Part shown: positions 12,190 to 26,609 of the stretch, piece by piece
Numbering within the stretch: position 1 is the first letter of the stretch
Layout: each line of letters opens with the position of its first letter
Assembly: GCF_006345805.1 (NCBI RefSeq)
Contig: NW_021836126.1
Coordinates: 124,001-188,000 of the forward strand
Source of the DNA: Octopus sinensis
Lineage: Eukaryota
DNA: 64,000 nucleotides
Direction of reading: 5' to 3'
Made by a program: the position numbers and the translations under genes
The notes under the pieces: model-generated
What the model was told of the DNA's origin: nothing
What the model saw: only the letters and a program-made list of their open reading frames with translations
The model's database searches: none

Positions 12190-12330
12190 AGGTGTGTTTG
12201 GATTCTAACTAGGCATCGGTAATTTGCCGATGTGTTTAAATGCCTTACTGATGTCTATTGATGCCAGGATTGTTCTTTGGGTGAAGTGTAATTGTTTAGT
12301 TCATCTGCGCTGTAATCCGTTAGAGTCGTG
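12190..12330 (-). mobile_element. Reverse transcriptase fragment (non-LTR)
   Basis: Reading …QRTILASIDISKAF…, the RT D.SKAF motif. Confidence 0.5.
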
Positions 12331-12679
12331 GCCTAATTTCTTCAAATCGCCTTAATTCTTCACGTGGTATATACAGAGGCCATCGGCTTGGCGTGCGAGT
12401 ATTTAGTATTTTTGATTAGCTCATATATATTATGTCACGGTCGGCTCATATGGGTGGGCGACACGTATGGCTCTACCCATTTATTTTTTAATTTTGATCG
12501 GCAAATATAGTATTAAATATTAATACAATATTAATTTTAAAATATTATGGCAAACCATCAAGTTTTATCATATTTTTTCAATCCTTTTCCTTTTTGTTAT
12601 TTAAGTGCTATTGTGATTTTTAAATAGAATTTACTATTATCCATAAATATGATCAACCGCTGACATAGTATAGTATGGA

Positions 12680-12900
12680 GTTATGGGTGGCTAACGGCCA
12701 TATTTCAGAAGTACAAGACTCTTTGAGAATTGTGCGTTTCCTGCTAGCTGATACGAGTCTTGTAGTGGAAATGAGGAGACACTATTCGGATAAATTTTCC
12801 ACCAGGATTAATACTCCTTAAGACTCTCTTTCGGCAGTTCTCCTTGCAATCTATTTGAAAGCCGCGTTAAAGGACGTTAGAAAAGAATTGCATCACTTAA
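12680..12900 (+). mobile_element. Degenerate reverse transcriptase fragment (RTE-like)
   Basis: …RINTP*DSLSAVLLAIYLKAALKDVR resembles TPQGDSLSPVLF.IYLE.AL. Confidence 0.55.
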
Positions 12901-13529
12901 ATAGTCATTTTGGGCTGACGACATCAATTTTGTATCTTAGTATGTGGAAATTCTGGCATTTTTCCTATGGCTCAACAAACTTGTTTTTTGGAAACAAAAT
13001 CATCTTTTTAGTGGCAGGTTTACAGAAAAGGATCCTTGTTGAACAATTTCTTTTTGCCCTTAAAATTGACGAGCTGAAATAATACAAATTAATGACATTA
13101 AATGTTATTTATTTTATTTTTTAAATGTTTTTAATTTATCGAATTAACTACAATAAATTATTACGCACGTTATATTATTTTCTATTGTTGTGCATGTATG
13201 CAGTTAATTCTTATTTTATTTTTTCGTGCTTTTATGTTTTAATTTTATAATTTTTTGTTTTTTTATTTGTTTGACTATTAATTAAATTGATTACTGGTAA
13301 AATATCTTGCATAAAGTATATTTTGCAAGTGAATTTGTATTCATTTTATCAATTAATTAATATGCATTCATACAGACTTTTTAAATTTCTTTCTAGTATT
13401 TTATTGTTTATTTTGATTTTTTATTATTTTGATTCTTTTCTACTATTCTAATTTTTTTAATACACTCAACCGTTTCAAATTGGGCATTTTTGGTTACTTC
13501 AATTTTGTTGGCCAATTAGATTTAAAAAT

Positions 13530-13830
13530 CGATAATCGTATAACTAAAATTTTTTTTTATTTGAGAAAAATGTAAATTTTTAATTTCTCCATTATCACTA
13601 TTTAGTTTCATGACCTCATAATAGTCGCCATTTATTGAGATGATTTTGTATAAAGATGTGTCGATATCGTCATACAAAGGTAAATGACGGTGGGCCGGAT
13701 TGCCATCATTATCATGTCTAACTACAACATGATCGCCGATTGCTAGGAATTCCTCGTCGTTTGACCATTTTCTTTTCTGAGACATTTTTAAAGCTGCTCG
13801 AAGTGACACATGTCACGAGCTGGACGCGTT
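13530..13830 (-). mobile_element. C-terminal fragment of a Ginger/TDD-like integrase element
   Basis: IGDHVVVRHDNDGN…PLYDDI…YKI is similar to the C-terminus of the integrase copy at 17050-17230 (EDSVILRNDIDANNRKFPLYDGI…Y). Confidence 0.55.
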
Positions 13831-14054
13831 ATACTTGTGGACTTGGAAAAAAATTGAACAAAAAATTCAACTTTAATTTCTCAGGTGATTTTGTCAATAA
13901 AAAATTTATAAATTGACAAATACCGAAGAGAGAGAGTTTATTGTAATTAACAGAGAAAGTGACAGGAATTGAGGACGGTGATAGGACGAGACTGATGCTA
14001 AGGCAACTGAACTCTTCTGAGCTTGTGTCCAATTCATCTGTCGTGAGCTAGAGT

Positions 14055-14310
14055 TAATAAAGCCGTAATCAGCCGTGTCCGGCCATTGGGTGATCCTGAG
14101 TTGTCAAATGTCTCCACAAGATCGAGTCCAAAGCAGAGATGGTCCACGAGTTCCCGTCCTGTGAACAATTTGACAAGATGATTTTCTTAGCAGAGATGAT
14201 AAAGGCGTAGGGTGCCAGGTCTTTCCCATTTGACCGAGATGGCAACAGTGAGATTCGAACCCGGACGCACTGCATTGTGGCCACTTCAAACACTGCGCCA
14301 TCCAAATGCC
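14055..14310 (-). mobile_element. Putative tRNA-derived SINE
   Basis: The head GGCATTTGGATGGCGCAGTG…CCGGGTTCGAATCTC contains Pol III A-box and B-box matches but cannot form a complete cloverleaf. A ~180-nt body follows, ending in TTTATT. Confidence 0.55.
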
Positions 14311-14409
14311 GAACGAACGAACAGATTTTATTAACTTAGCAACCGAAAGAGAAGAGTTATTAGAAAAGGTTTTATTTAAAATCGAGACATCGAATGCCTC
14401 CTCCTTGCT

Positions 14410-14777
14410 TTCCTTTTCACTTCTCATGCCCTTTGCAATGAGCAGAGGACTTGCCGCGAGAAACACACCAAGTCGATCTTCTCCGTAACATGAGAAGTGA
14501 TTCGTTTCGTCAGAGGACCAGACCTCAAAACCGTGTCTCGCCGATAAGGTATGAAGTAACCGTCCGTCACTGTTTGTTGATACGCATCCATATAGCGAGT
14601 TATTTGCGTTTAGGTCTCCGACTAGAATCGACTTTCCATTTGCCTTGAAGAAACCTCCAACTAGGTCTGGGTAACTCTTGAGGTCCTTTGAGTACATCCC
14701 CCAATAGTGATCCATCCCAGAGATGTATGGAGCTCGAGACACAGCATTTCGCATTCACTTTCTTCTATTCTCCTGTG
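14410..14777 (-). mobile_element. 3' half of a LINE APE endonuclease domain
   Basis: HRRIEESECEMLCLEL…ILVGDLNA…TNSDGRLL…KIDLVCFS, with two frameshifts. Confidence 0.85.
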
Positions 14778-15764
14778 GTTTCTTGTTTGAAGGTACAGTT
14801 GTATTTTTTGTTCAAAGAAAATCAGTTGTACATACATGTCAAAAACTCTAATTTTAACTATAAACAACCAGTCTTTGGGGGCCATCATCATCGCAAATAT
14901 TTTATGTTCACGTGAAAGCGTAAAACTATCGAAAGTTTATCGTCGCCGCAACGGGGACTTTGTCCTCACTTTTCCGTCGGAGAAAGAGGCGAAAAGTTTT
15001 ACTGAAGATTTCCGAGATGCAAAACCCTTTGGAGTAGAAGGTCACTCTATCAAGGAAGCATCCCTCGGCCCATCAGAGGTCGTCCTAAGGAACCTACCGT
15101 ATTGGGTAGGCACTCCAGAACTCGAAGACTATCTTCAGTCTATACTGTCGCCCGGATTCAAAGTAGAGTGTTTCTCAAAAAATGGTCGCCCATTGCCAAT
15201 GGCGAAGGTAGTAATCCCGAACCGAGGTGAGGCAGCATCTCTGGTCAGAATGGGCATCACAATTGCTTTTCACCGTGTATCTTGTGAGTGGTTCTGTAAA
15301 CCGTCACCACAGTGCTATTGCTGTCAGAATTTTGGGCACTTGTCTCAAAACTGCAAAGAAAAAAGAAGGTGCTTACTCTGTGGAGAAGATCATGATCGAG
15401 CTTCGTGCTCAAAACAAGGGCAAATCTCCAAAATCTGTATTAATTGCGGATCGTTGGCAAAAAAGAAGGGAGAGGGTTTACTTCTCCTGGTGGCGCTCTT
15501 AAAGGGAGAGGTCTGCCGCCAGTATCCAGACGGAAAGATATGAGCGTTATAACGCTCGTCAACGCCCGATCTCTTCGGAGACGGGCTACGGAGCTACTCC
15601 ACATGATTGGCTCCATAGAAATGGATATACTTGTTATTAATGAATCGAAACTGAAGGAAGGCCAATTCTTCAGCATCAAAGGATACAAGTCATTGAGTAT
15701 TGCCTGGAAACCGTTTGCAAATGCGGGAACCGGATCGTGCATCTACTATAAAGAAAACCTTCCA
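14778..15764 (+). mobile_element. LINE ORF1 (gag-like, CCHC knuckles; 14836-15543) and 5' half of the ORF2 endonuclease (from 15540), inverted relative to its 3' half
   Basis: QCYCCQNFGHLSQNC and CLLCGEDH. The ORF1 stop overlaps the ORF2 start (ATGA). ORF2 reads LVNARSL…DILVINESKL…GSCIYYKENLP and then breaks. Confidence 0.9.
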
Positions 15765-16119
15765 AATACTGAAGCTGGTATTTGGTTTTAAATATATTCG
15801 ATTACAAAAATTAAAATCGATGCCAAAGCAGAATGTGCTCTAAAACCGAATTCATAAATAAAAATAATATTTTAAAATTTATAATTAATATTTTAGAATA
15901 ATGAGAATAATCTAAGTGCTTCATAATTTATTAAAATGTCAAAACAAGAATCTTCTGAAGGAGCAAGCCTTTCTGCACAGTTCATTTGTTTTCTTGATGA
16001 TTAGAAGACCTAATTTTAGAGATTTAAACGAGAAATAGCAATGAGATCTGTCATATTATTACCTTCACAACCTAAACCAAAATTTTCTACCTCCTTAAAT
16101 AAAAATAAATTTTAAAATT

Positions 16120-16305
16120 TTCTACCTCCTTAGATCTATCAAATCTATCTGATATCTTTCATTTGGAAGATTTGCAACAATATGATTTTGCTCATCGCCA
16201 ACTTTTAATGGTGTGGAAAAACGGCACACTTCACAATCTGACACTACTTTACGAATAATTTCCCTTTTTATTCCGAAGTAACTGCGCATGAAATGGTATT
16301 CCATG
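16120..16305 (-). mobile_element. N-terminal (zinc-binding) fragment of a Ginger/TDD-like integrase
   Basis: YFGIKREIIRKVVSDCEVC…PNERYQIDLIDLRR. Confidence 0.75.
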
Positions 16306-16309
16306 TTGT

Positions 16310-16930
16310 CTGTGGAAATAACCAGGTTACAGAATCGTCGTCGAAAGCCAACAAGCCTTGATAATCTTCAAGGCAAACTTCATTCGGATATTTGGCTCCG
16401 ATAAAAATTTCGAATGGTATTTTTCTTGTTGTCTTGTGAATGGTGTTGTTGTACATGAAAACAATTCGTTTAAGGCAGGTTAAATAACTGCCAAATTTAT
16501 TCTCTGAAGCAGTTGTTGACGAAATCCACCTTTTTATTGATTGATTGAATCTTAATGTTAAATTACCTTGTATCTACCTTTCAACTTGACCTTGTATCCA
16601 AGGGCACGAGGTCTACCAAATATCTGTTTAGTGCCGAACTCGATGCACATCGCATGCATTTTAGAATTTTTAAATTCTCTACCATTGTCGGTATGCAGAA
16701 TTGTTGGTGGTTGATATGCATAAAAATTTTCCGAAACAATTCAGTAATCTCTTCTCCATGTTTTGTCTTTGCAATATCAACAATTCCAAATTTGGAGAAT
16801 GAGTCAATGACCACAAGAATCCATTCATTAATTTATTGATTCTTACCCAAGAATAACCATCATTTTTTGAAGAATACCGCCTAAGATCTATTAGATCCGC
16901 GATATATCTATCGCGCGGATTTTTATACTA
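16310..16930 (-). mobile_element. Degenerate Ginger/TDD-like DDE integrase with two micro-introns
   Basis: RYIADLIDLRRY…W|ILVVIDSFSKF…QGQVE|RFNQSIKRW…YNNTIHKTTRKIPFEIF. Introns at 16821-16846 and 16551-16577. Confidence 0.8.
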
Positions 16931-17039
16931 AAATTTTTTAACAAACTCAATTGATTGGCTTTAAAAATATCCCTATGCGGGATTCCCCCGTAAAGTAACC
17001 AAAAAATGCTCAGTTTTAATTTTTTTAGTCAAAAAATCA

Positions 17040-18400
17040 GTAAGTTTTTAATTTCGATAATCTTGACATGTGTATATTTTTAAGTTCTTCGTTGGTTTCT
17101 TCATCTTTGATAGATCAAAAATAACCATTTTTTCAGTGACGGTATATTTTTTGGCAGATATTCCGTCATATAACGGGAACTTTCTGTTGTTTGCATCGAT
17201 GTCGTTTCTCAAAATTACTGAGTCTTCCACTTCAATATCTTCTTTGTCAAATTTCCATCTTCTTTATTTACTTATTTTTTCTCCCGCTTTTTTGAGATTT
17301 TCAATGAATTTATAATCTATTTTCTTGTTTTCGTCATCTCCCTCGAATTGATAAAGCGCTTCAATTAGATCCGCACTTTTTGAATCCTTATGTCCAACTC
17401 GCATGAACACCTCAAAAGGTTTATGTCGAGTTGTTTCATGTACGGCCATGTTATAGCGATAAACAATTTTTTCAGTATTTTATGATATTGCCCGAAGTGA
17501 TTGTTTGATTCGCTGGTTGATGATATCCATCTCTTTATGGATTGGTTGAATCTATGAAATTAGATAGTTCCTAAGTACCTTTCGACTTGACCTTGTACCT
17601 AAGGAGCTTGTGGTCGACCAAAAACATTCTTGATTTTGAACAGTTCGCACACTTCATCCAAATAGGAGTTTTTAAACTTCCATTGTCAGTGTGCAATATA
17701 ATTGGAGGCCCAATTACACAGAAAATCCCCTTTAAGATATCAGAAATTTCAATTGCAGATTTTGATTTAGCAGTTTCAACCACACCAAATTTGGAGGAGT
17801 CAATAAGTACTACAATCTTTCTATAAATATATATCAAGCCAAACCCATGAGAACGAATCGTTTATTTCCGAGTACCTTCGTAGATCCACAAGATCGACAA
17901 TATATCTGGCGCATAAGCAATTATGGGTGTAATGGGAAGTTTGGATGCCATTAACCATTTAGACTACAAATTAAATTACTTAATTTGCCTGGCAAAAAAC
18001 GCACTGTCCGATAACTTTACAAACTTCAAGTCTTTTTATTCCATATATTTTAGATGATAATAGACTAAGAAGCTTATCTCTACCAAAATGGTTAGAATTG
18101 TGCTCAGCCTTAAAATTCCAATCAATAAGTTTACCTCAATAGTTTTCATCTTTAATTCAGCTTCTTCAGTAGCAAAGAACCTCAAAAGATTCCCTTTTTC
18201 TAAAATAAAGACATTTCTCAGTCAAATTGCAAAATCTTTGAAAAGCTTCTGATGCGAAACCGTTCTTTCTTTGATAGTCCTTCGTGTAAGCAGGCGGAAT
18301 CTTTATAAATTTTAATTTTTGAAAGCATTTCTTTTGAAAATCCAATAAAAACCATTGTAACGTGCGATTTATTTATAATTAATTTTCCAATGAAAATTAA
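17040..18400 (-). mobile_element. Near-complete degenerate Ginger/TDD-like integrase element with two micro-introns
   Basis: RYIVDLVDLRRY…W|IVVLIDS…GPPIILHTDNG…GRPQAP…QGQVE|RFNQSIKRW…YNMAVHETTRHKPFEVF. Introns at 17817-17844 and 17552-17578. Confidence 0.85.
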
Positions 18401-18689
18401 ATCAAAAAATTATTGTTTATTAAAAATAACAACTTGGGTCCCGGCTCCGGCGTGGTTCCGCCTCTTACCTGTCACAAACTTATCTTCAACAAAAAAGATA
18501 AATTTGACACATTTACCGAAATGTATCTAAAGAAAGCGACATGCTAATGGACGAAAACATTTTCAATCGGAACTCAACGTAAATGGCATCTTTCAGGTGG
18601 AATAAACAATGTCATCGACTTCGAAGAGTTGATAAAATTTCTTTAAAATTGAGAACTATGGCGGATTCGTTAACAAAAATCTGGCGGAT

Positions 18690-20873
18690 TCGAGAATTTG
18701 TAGGATTCGAGAAATTTTCTTAGTGCAAATGGCAGATTGGAGAATTTATTGGTTATAATTGACAGATTCGAGAAATGAGCACAAATAATTAGAAAACGTG
18801 GTTATTGGCACAGCACTATCCACACGCCACCTCATCGAGGTGAGTCGGAAGGTTGGGGACTGTCAGATGATTATCGACTAACTAAACGGGAGTAATCAAC
18901 TTTGGATTGTTCTGGTTTTTTGACATTTTTTTAGTATTTGGGTTATTTAGCTTTGCATATATTTATGGACAAAACTTTTAAAATATACGATTTGGAATCT
19001 CTGTGGGGTCCGATTATGAATCCCTGGGAATCCAAAAAGACTGATCAAAATTTTTACGAGTACGACTTCTCCCTGAAATATTAACTTTTTTAATTTTTGT
19101 AATCTTTAAGAGGTGTAGATTTAATGAGTTATTTTGCAGATGTAAAGAGAAATAGTACAAATTAGAGTAATTTGACTTTATGATAAAAAGATACTTTTTG
19201 ATGATTTTTTAGTCTGATGGTAAAATTAGTGATTTCTAAATTGTCTAAACCAATATTATATGTACTGTACATTACAGTCCTGAATATTCTCGAATTGCTA
19301 TAAAGGCCGGATGTGGAATAAGGCAATGATCAGAAACAAGTTGAACATCACAACCAAATTAGTCTTATTTTCTTGTTATTTTTTGTATCAATTACAAAGT
19401 GTGCTGTAAAATAGGTATTCCTATTAACTATGAAATAAGTGACAAATCTATAAGCTAAATCCTCCTACAAATCAGTGTCACATTTAGTAATTAAACAAAA
19501 TTTATAAATTATTAAAGACCCTCATAATAAAAATAAGTGTACGCCAGTAGCTCTCACTACTTTTTATTGTTGAGAATTAAATTAATAAAATGTGTTTTAA
19601 TTCATAAAAGTGGTTATAGGTAGCATGCGGGTTTAAAATTAAAAAGATCAACTTAAAAGTCCTTCACAAGACTTTCTTTAGCAGCCTGGACAACCCGCAC
19701 ATTGACGTATCGTCGTCATCTACGTGGCTGAAATATGGGAATAACTCTCCCCGATCAGAAGGGTTGTTCTCATATTTGCAGGATAGAAACTTTTTTAATG
19801 GTCAACGGAAACAGTGTAACCACTGTAAGAGTAAGGCAATGACCGTTGACCATTTAGCCACGAAGTGCGGGAGTATGCTTTACCATGATTACACATGGAG
19901 GCATAACGAGGTGGTGAGGTCCCTCCATCTTTTGCTCTGCAATAAGTACGGCTTGAGGCGGTCCAGAAAGTTGCGAACCCATCGAGTTCAATCGGTGTGT
20001 GAGAACTCGCGGGTGTGCATTAAGGTGGATACCCCATACGCACCTCGATTGTTGTCCAGCACAACAGACCCGACATTGTGGTCCACGATAAGGTCACCGG
20101 GGAGATTGTTATCGTGGAGGTGGGCATCACGTGCCTAGACCGTTTGCAGATAGTGGAAGTGGAGAAAAGGAGGAAGTATGACCTCCTTGCAAACGAGCTA
20201 GGACTGATGCACCAGTGCAAAGTCCATGTCATCCCGTGTGTGATGACATGGGATGGACTGGTCACCAAATACCACAAGCGGTACTTAAGACAGTTGGATG
20301 TAGATAAGTCTCTACAGGCTTATATACAGTCAACTGTTCTTAAGAGGACTCTGGAGAGTGTCTCGTTTGATGCTCGCCGATCCAGCCCTTTCCTGACGTT
20401 TAGTCAGCAAGAGGCGCTGGACTGCACCTTCTCGAAGGTCTACAGTGCCAGAGAAGAGGAGGAAGAAGGGGAGGAGGTGCGTGGAGTGCCGCCTTCTGCT
20501 CACTTCGAAGGCTCTGGACTTAGTTAGTAAAATTACTTAGTTAATTAGTTTCTTTCTTAATAAAAAAAAAAAAGTAGCATGCAGGTTTAAATAATTTAAT
20601 GAATATTTTAAATGTTGCAACCTAGTGAGTGATTCCAGTTTTTAAATGCTTAAATTTTAACTCGCTTACTTGTCTTCTTCAGACAAATTCTAAAAAATTT
20701 GTTTTAATTGTTTCTACCAGCAAAGTATGATTTCATAAAGTAACGCGCGGCATCTCTCTGTATTTTAAAATTTCTTTAAAATTGATTAGAGAATTTGTAG
20801 GATTCGAGAAATTTTCTTAGAGAAAATGGCAGATTAGAGAATTTATTGGTTATAATTGATAGATTCGAGAAAC
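18690..20873. repeat. Two direct copies (~85 bp; about 18690-18775 and 20790-20873) of a GATTCGAGAA-rich unit
   Basis: GAGAATTTGTAGGATTCGAGAAATTTTCTTAG…GAGAATTTATTGGTTATAATTGA…GATTCGAGAAA occurs twice. Confidence 0.8.
19638..20573 (+). mobile_element. 5'-truncated RLE-type (R4/Dong-like) non-LTR retrotransposon with poly(A) tail and 18-bp target-site duplication
   Basis: CNHCK…DHLATKC…RHNEVV zinc finger, RPDIVV…EVGIT…EK..KYD endonuclease (one frameshift), and an A-run at ~20562-20573. TSD GTAGCATGC(G/A)GGTTTAAA at 19620-19637 and 20574-20591. Confidence 0.9.
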
Positions 20874-20879
20874 TTTATT

Positions 20880-21200
20880 GTATTTTTAAGAGACATCTGC
20901 ATTGATCGGCCAGGGTAGTAATAATATGTTTTGTTTTCTGAAATAGAGATTTTGTGGCATGGATAAGTCTTGTATTTCGTGGAGGAATTGTAGTTTTCTC
21001 ATAACCAAAAGATCTTTGACCGGAAGGATACAGGATTTCAAATGAATATAATTGATGGAGTGTGGGCTAGGCAGCCAGTTATTGTGCGAAGGTCTGAGTT
21101 TTAGATTCTTCGGAGTTTTTGAACATTTGATAAAGACATGTTTCATGACTATGCCGGACTACCGTAGTTCATCGACGTTCTGACAAATTGTCTGTAGACC
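20880..21200 (-). mobile_element. Degenerate 3' RT region of an I/jockey-type LINE
   Basis: YRQFVRTSMNYGSPA…NVQKLRRI*NSDLRTITGC…TP. Confidence 0.65.
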
Positions 21201-21589
21201 AAACGAGAAAATTAATAAGTTAATAGAAAAATGATCTTAGTAAATCAACACCATTTTTTAAACAACTGGATTTTTTAAATAAAAGCAAATTTAAATTTAG
21301 TAAAAAAATAATTCAAAATTCCGATTTATTCGGATTTTAACTGTTTTTGTTTATTTTATTAAAACTTGGAATTAAGAATCTAAATTTTGAAACTATCACT
21401 GGAATTGGGAATGATATAATTAATATTCCAGAAAGAGAGCAGAAACCTGCCACATAAACTCCAATGGCTGCTTATCCAACAGTTTTAATTGTAATAATAG
21501 CCCATCAAAATGCATCCGGAATGTTTACTGAGTTAATATTAACATTGGTTAATTCTGCATAATAAATTAACGACAAATAAAAGAGAATT

Positions 21590-22190
21590 GCAGATGTGGA
21601 CAACTCATTGACAGGAGAGGTTTACACCCTCTCTCTTGTCGCATCAGTGCCGGCAGGATCCCCAGGCACGCATCATTGAATGAAGTTGTGAAGCGCGCGC
21701 TTAACGCCGCTGGATTTCCCTCGATGTTAGAACCGATAGGACTAGACCGTGGAGATGAAAAACGCCCTGACGGGTCGACCTTATTCCCGTTCAGGAAGGG
21801 AATGGCACTCGTGTGGAATGTTACCTGCGTAGACTCATTTTCTTCATCATCTTTGGTTGACTCCGCTTCTCGTCCTGGATCTGCATCTGCCCTTGCCGAA
21901 TCTAGGAAAACTGCTAAATATGCCTCTTTGACCGATACCTGCTGCTTCATTCCCCTGGCTTTCGAGACCAGTGGGATAATTGGACCCAAAGCCCTCAAAC
22001 TCCTCTCAGAGATTGGTTTAATTATCTCGAGGAGGAGTCACGACAGTCGTGAAACGAGCTGGCTTTTTCAGCGGATATCGTTCGCGATATTACGTGGAAA
22101 TTGCCTGTCCATCCGCTCGGCGACTCATCTAAATTAGTTAACTTCTCTATTTTACTTGTTATTTTACTTTAAAAAAAAGTCAAAAAAAAA
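21590..22190 (+). mobile_element. 3' end of a CRE-clade non-LTR retrotransposon (restriction-like endonuclease)
   Basis: RHASLNEVVKRAL…LEPIGLDRGDEKRPDG…LVWNVTC…AE.RK..KY…PLAFETSG…QRISFAILRGN*, followed by A-rich tracts. Confidence 0.85.
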
Positions 22191-23832
22191 TTGTGATAAT
22201 AAAATAAACCACCACTAGCGTAAAACAATCAAGTGAAGAAAAATAGATTGTCTCAGTATTTTTAGACAAGTTAAATTACTTAATAGCTTGAATATTCGAA
22301 ATATTTGGATTATTAAACAAATCTAGTTAATCGTCTACAATATACTGTGTTTGATTAATCCATATAACTTCAAATAGAGTTTGTATGTATAGCGGTGAAA
22401 TGTTTAAAAGTCAACTATAAATTTTCCAGAAAAACATTCGGAAATAATTTTACAAATCAAAAATAAGCGAATTATCATTTCAATTGTAAAATATGTTGTA
22501 TACAGAACTTTAGTTGCAAAAATATAATTAATTTTGGAAAGACTTTCCATGCTTATATCATTGTGTGGATAAGTTGTAGATATTTGCAAATTTTCAATGG
22601 AAAGCAAAATTAAGATTTGAAAATATTTGAATAATTTTTCCAGTGATAGAAAAATTAGGAAACTTTAAAGTCATCCACATAAATCTCAAAAAAAATTTCT
22701 GGGATATTTATTTCATAATATGGATCAGCATACATATTTTCGATGGATCGACGATCAATTTCAAAAAATTCTACTTCTCTTGTAAATTTGTTTATATCGA
22801 CGTTTCCTGTTTTTTTTGTTTGCGTCATTTTAGTAATAATTTATAATTCCTTCAAAACTGTCTCAATGTCGGTCAAAAAAATATTCGTTTTTAGTCATAT
22901 CAAAATATTCGTTTAATTTCAAAAAATTTGTCAAGTTTGAATTTTCGTCCACTGATGTTAATAGAGACTATATCTAGCATTCTTTATTATATTTAATACA
23001 AGCTATTATTAAATTGATGCTTCATATGTATTAGCGTCAAAACGCTATAGTAACTGTCAATCAATAATTAATAACCCTAAAGTCAACATATTTACCAAGG
23101 AGATGAATAATACTCAATTGGTTTCCAGATATCGATTTCAAAAACTGGATTTGCCTTAATGAGTAAAAAATTAAACTTTATTAAAACAAAATTTAATTAA
23201 GGTTACACTATTTAATTGAAATTTTTGCTCTTCTTTTTAAGGGAATAATTTGCTGCTAGCTTATCATTCTCTATCTTTCTGTCAGATAATGTTGTTATAT
23301 GTACCATAGCTTTAATTGAAGTGCCCGAAAGCATGGCAGTTCAAAAATTGCTCAGAAGTGTATTTTTCCTTAAATACCCTCGTCCCATGCTTGTGTTTAA
23401 TTAACATACTTTAAGAGTCTTTTTTAGTATAAAAGATTGACCACTTAAAAATAATGCAATTTATCATGGTTCTGGTCATCTTTTAATAAAATTTCAAAAG
23501 CTAACAATCTGTTATTTCTATTGATAAACACATTTAACTCAAAAATTGAGTATTCGCATTGTAAAATTTGTCTTCACAAAGATTTTTTGAAAATCCATTT
23601 CTACTAAAAAAGTGACCACCTAATTATTATAAGCTCTCGTTGGAGACTTTGTGGACACGTCCGAGGAAAGACTCAACATCCCCAATGGAGGATTACTATC
23701 CCTTCTCTAATGAGGACACTACCCTCCCAATTGTTTTACAAAGTTCTCTGCACAACAATAAATATTATGGCTATCGTGAGAGTGCTAATAATTAATCAAA
23801 TAATAATCGAACAAGCTGAGTATTAGACAGTC

Positions 23833-26070
<2,238 letters not shown>

Positions 26071-26609
26071 GATTTTTGAGTTATGTCGGTAGAGGACGTA
26101 TACTATTCTGTGGTACTGTTCCACGAGCTGGAAATGGAGGACAATAAGGACAACTGATATCCCAGAGTTATTACTCTCAATATTTGAACTAAATATAATA
26201 TATTAAAATTAATATATTATTTGTTAAATATATTTAAAAGTAATAAAATAATATTACTTTATCCAGTGGAGGACTTGTGTGTCTGTGCCTTCCAATAAAT
26301 TACTGTCAAGTGAGGTCATAACCAGAGTGAAGAAATTGCCTAAATGTCCATATTTGGCCCAATCTATGCTGAAGAGTGGCTCAACAAACTGACACTACGA
26401 GTACTCAATCTCACAAAGCCACCTCAGATGCCTTAATATAATTCCCGCGCTCCACTTTGAGGCATAATTGTCATCAATCCTGTACTTGACAGAGATAGGC
26501 ACACATGGAATGAATCCCGAGTCCCCGTACAGCCCCTTGAAGACGTCGTAGTGCAGTGCCATTGTGTGCAGCCTAGACAAGTCATCCTCTAAAGTTCCCG
26601 CTTATTTAT

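Noticed and set aside
13798-13822. Short palindrome GTGACACATGTCAC
   Set aside because: Single 14-bp instance at a TE junction, plausible by chance.
14240-14310. Functional tRNA gene
   Set aside because: A and B boxes are present, but the acceptor, anticodon and T stems do not pair properly and the spacing is off. Treated as a SINE head.
22380-23760. Possible AT-rich hypothetical gene(s)
   Set aside because: Could not build a consistent exon chain or recognise any motif.
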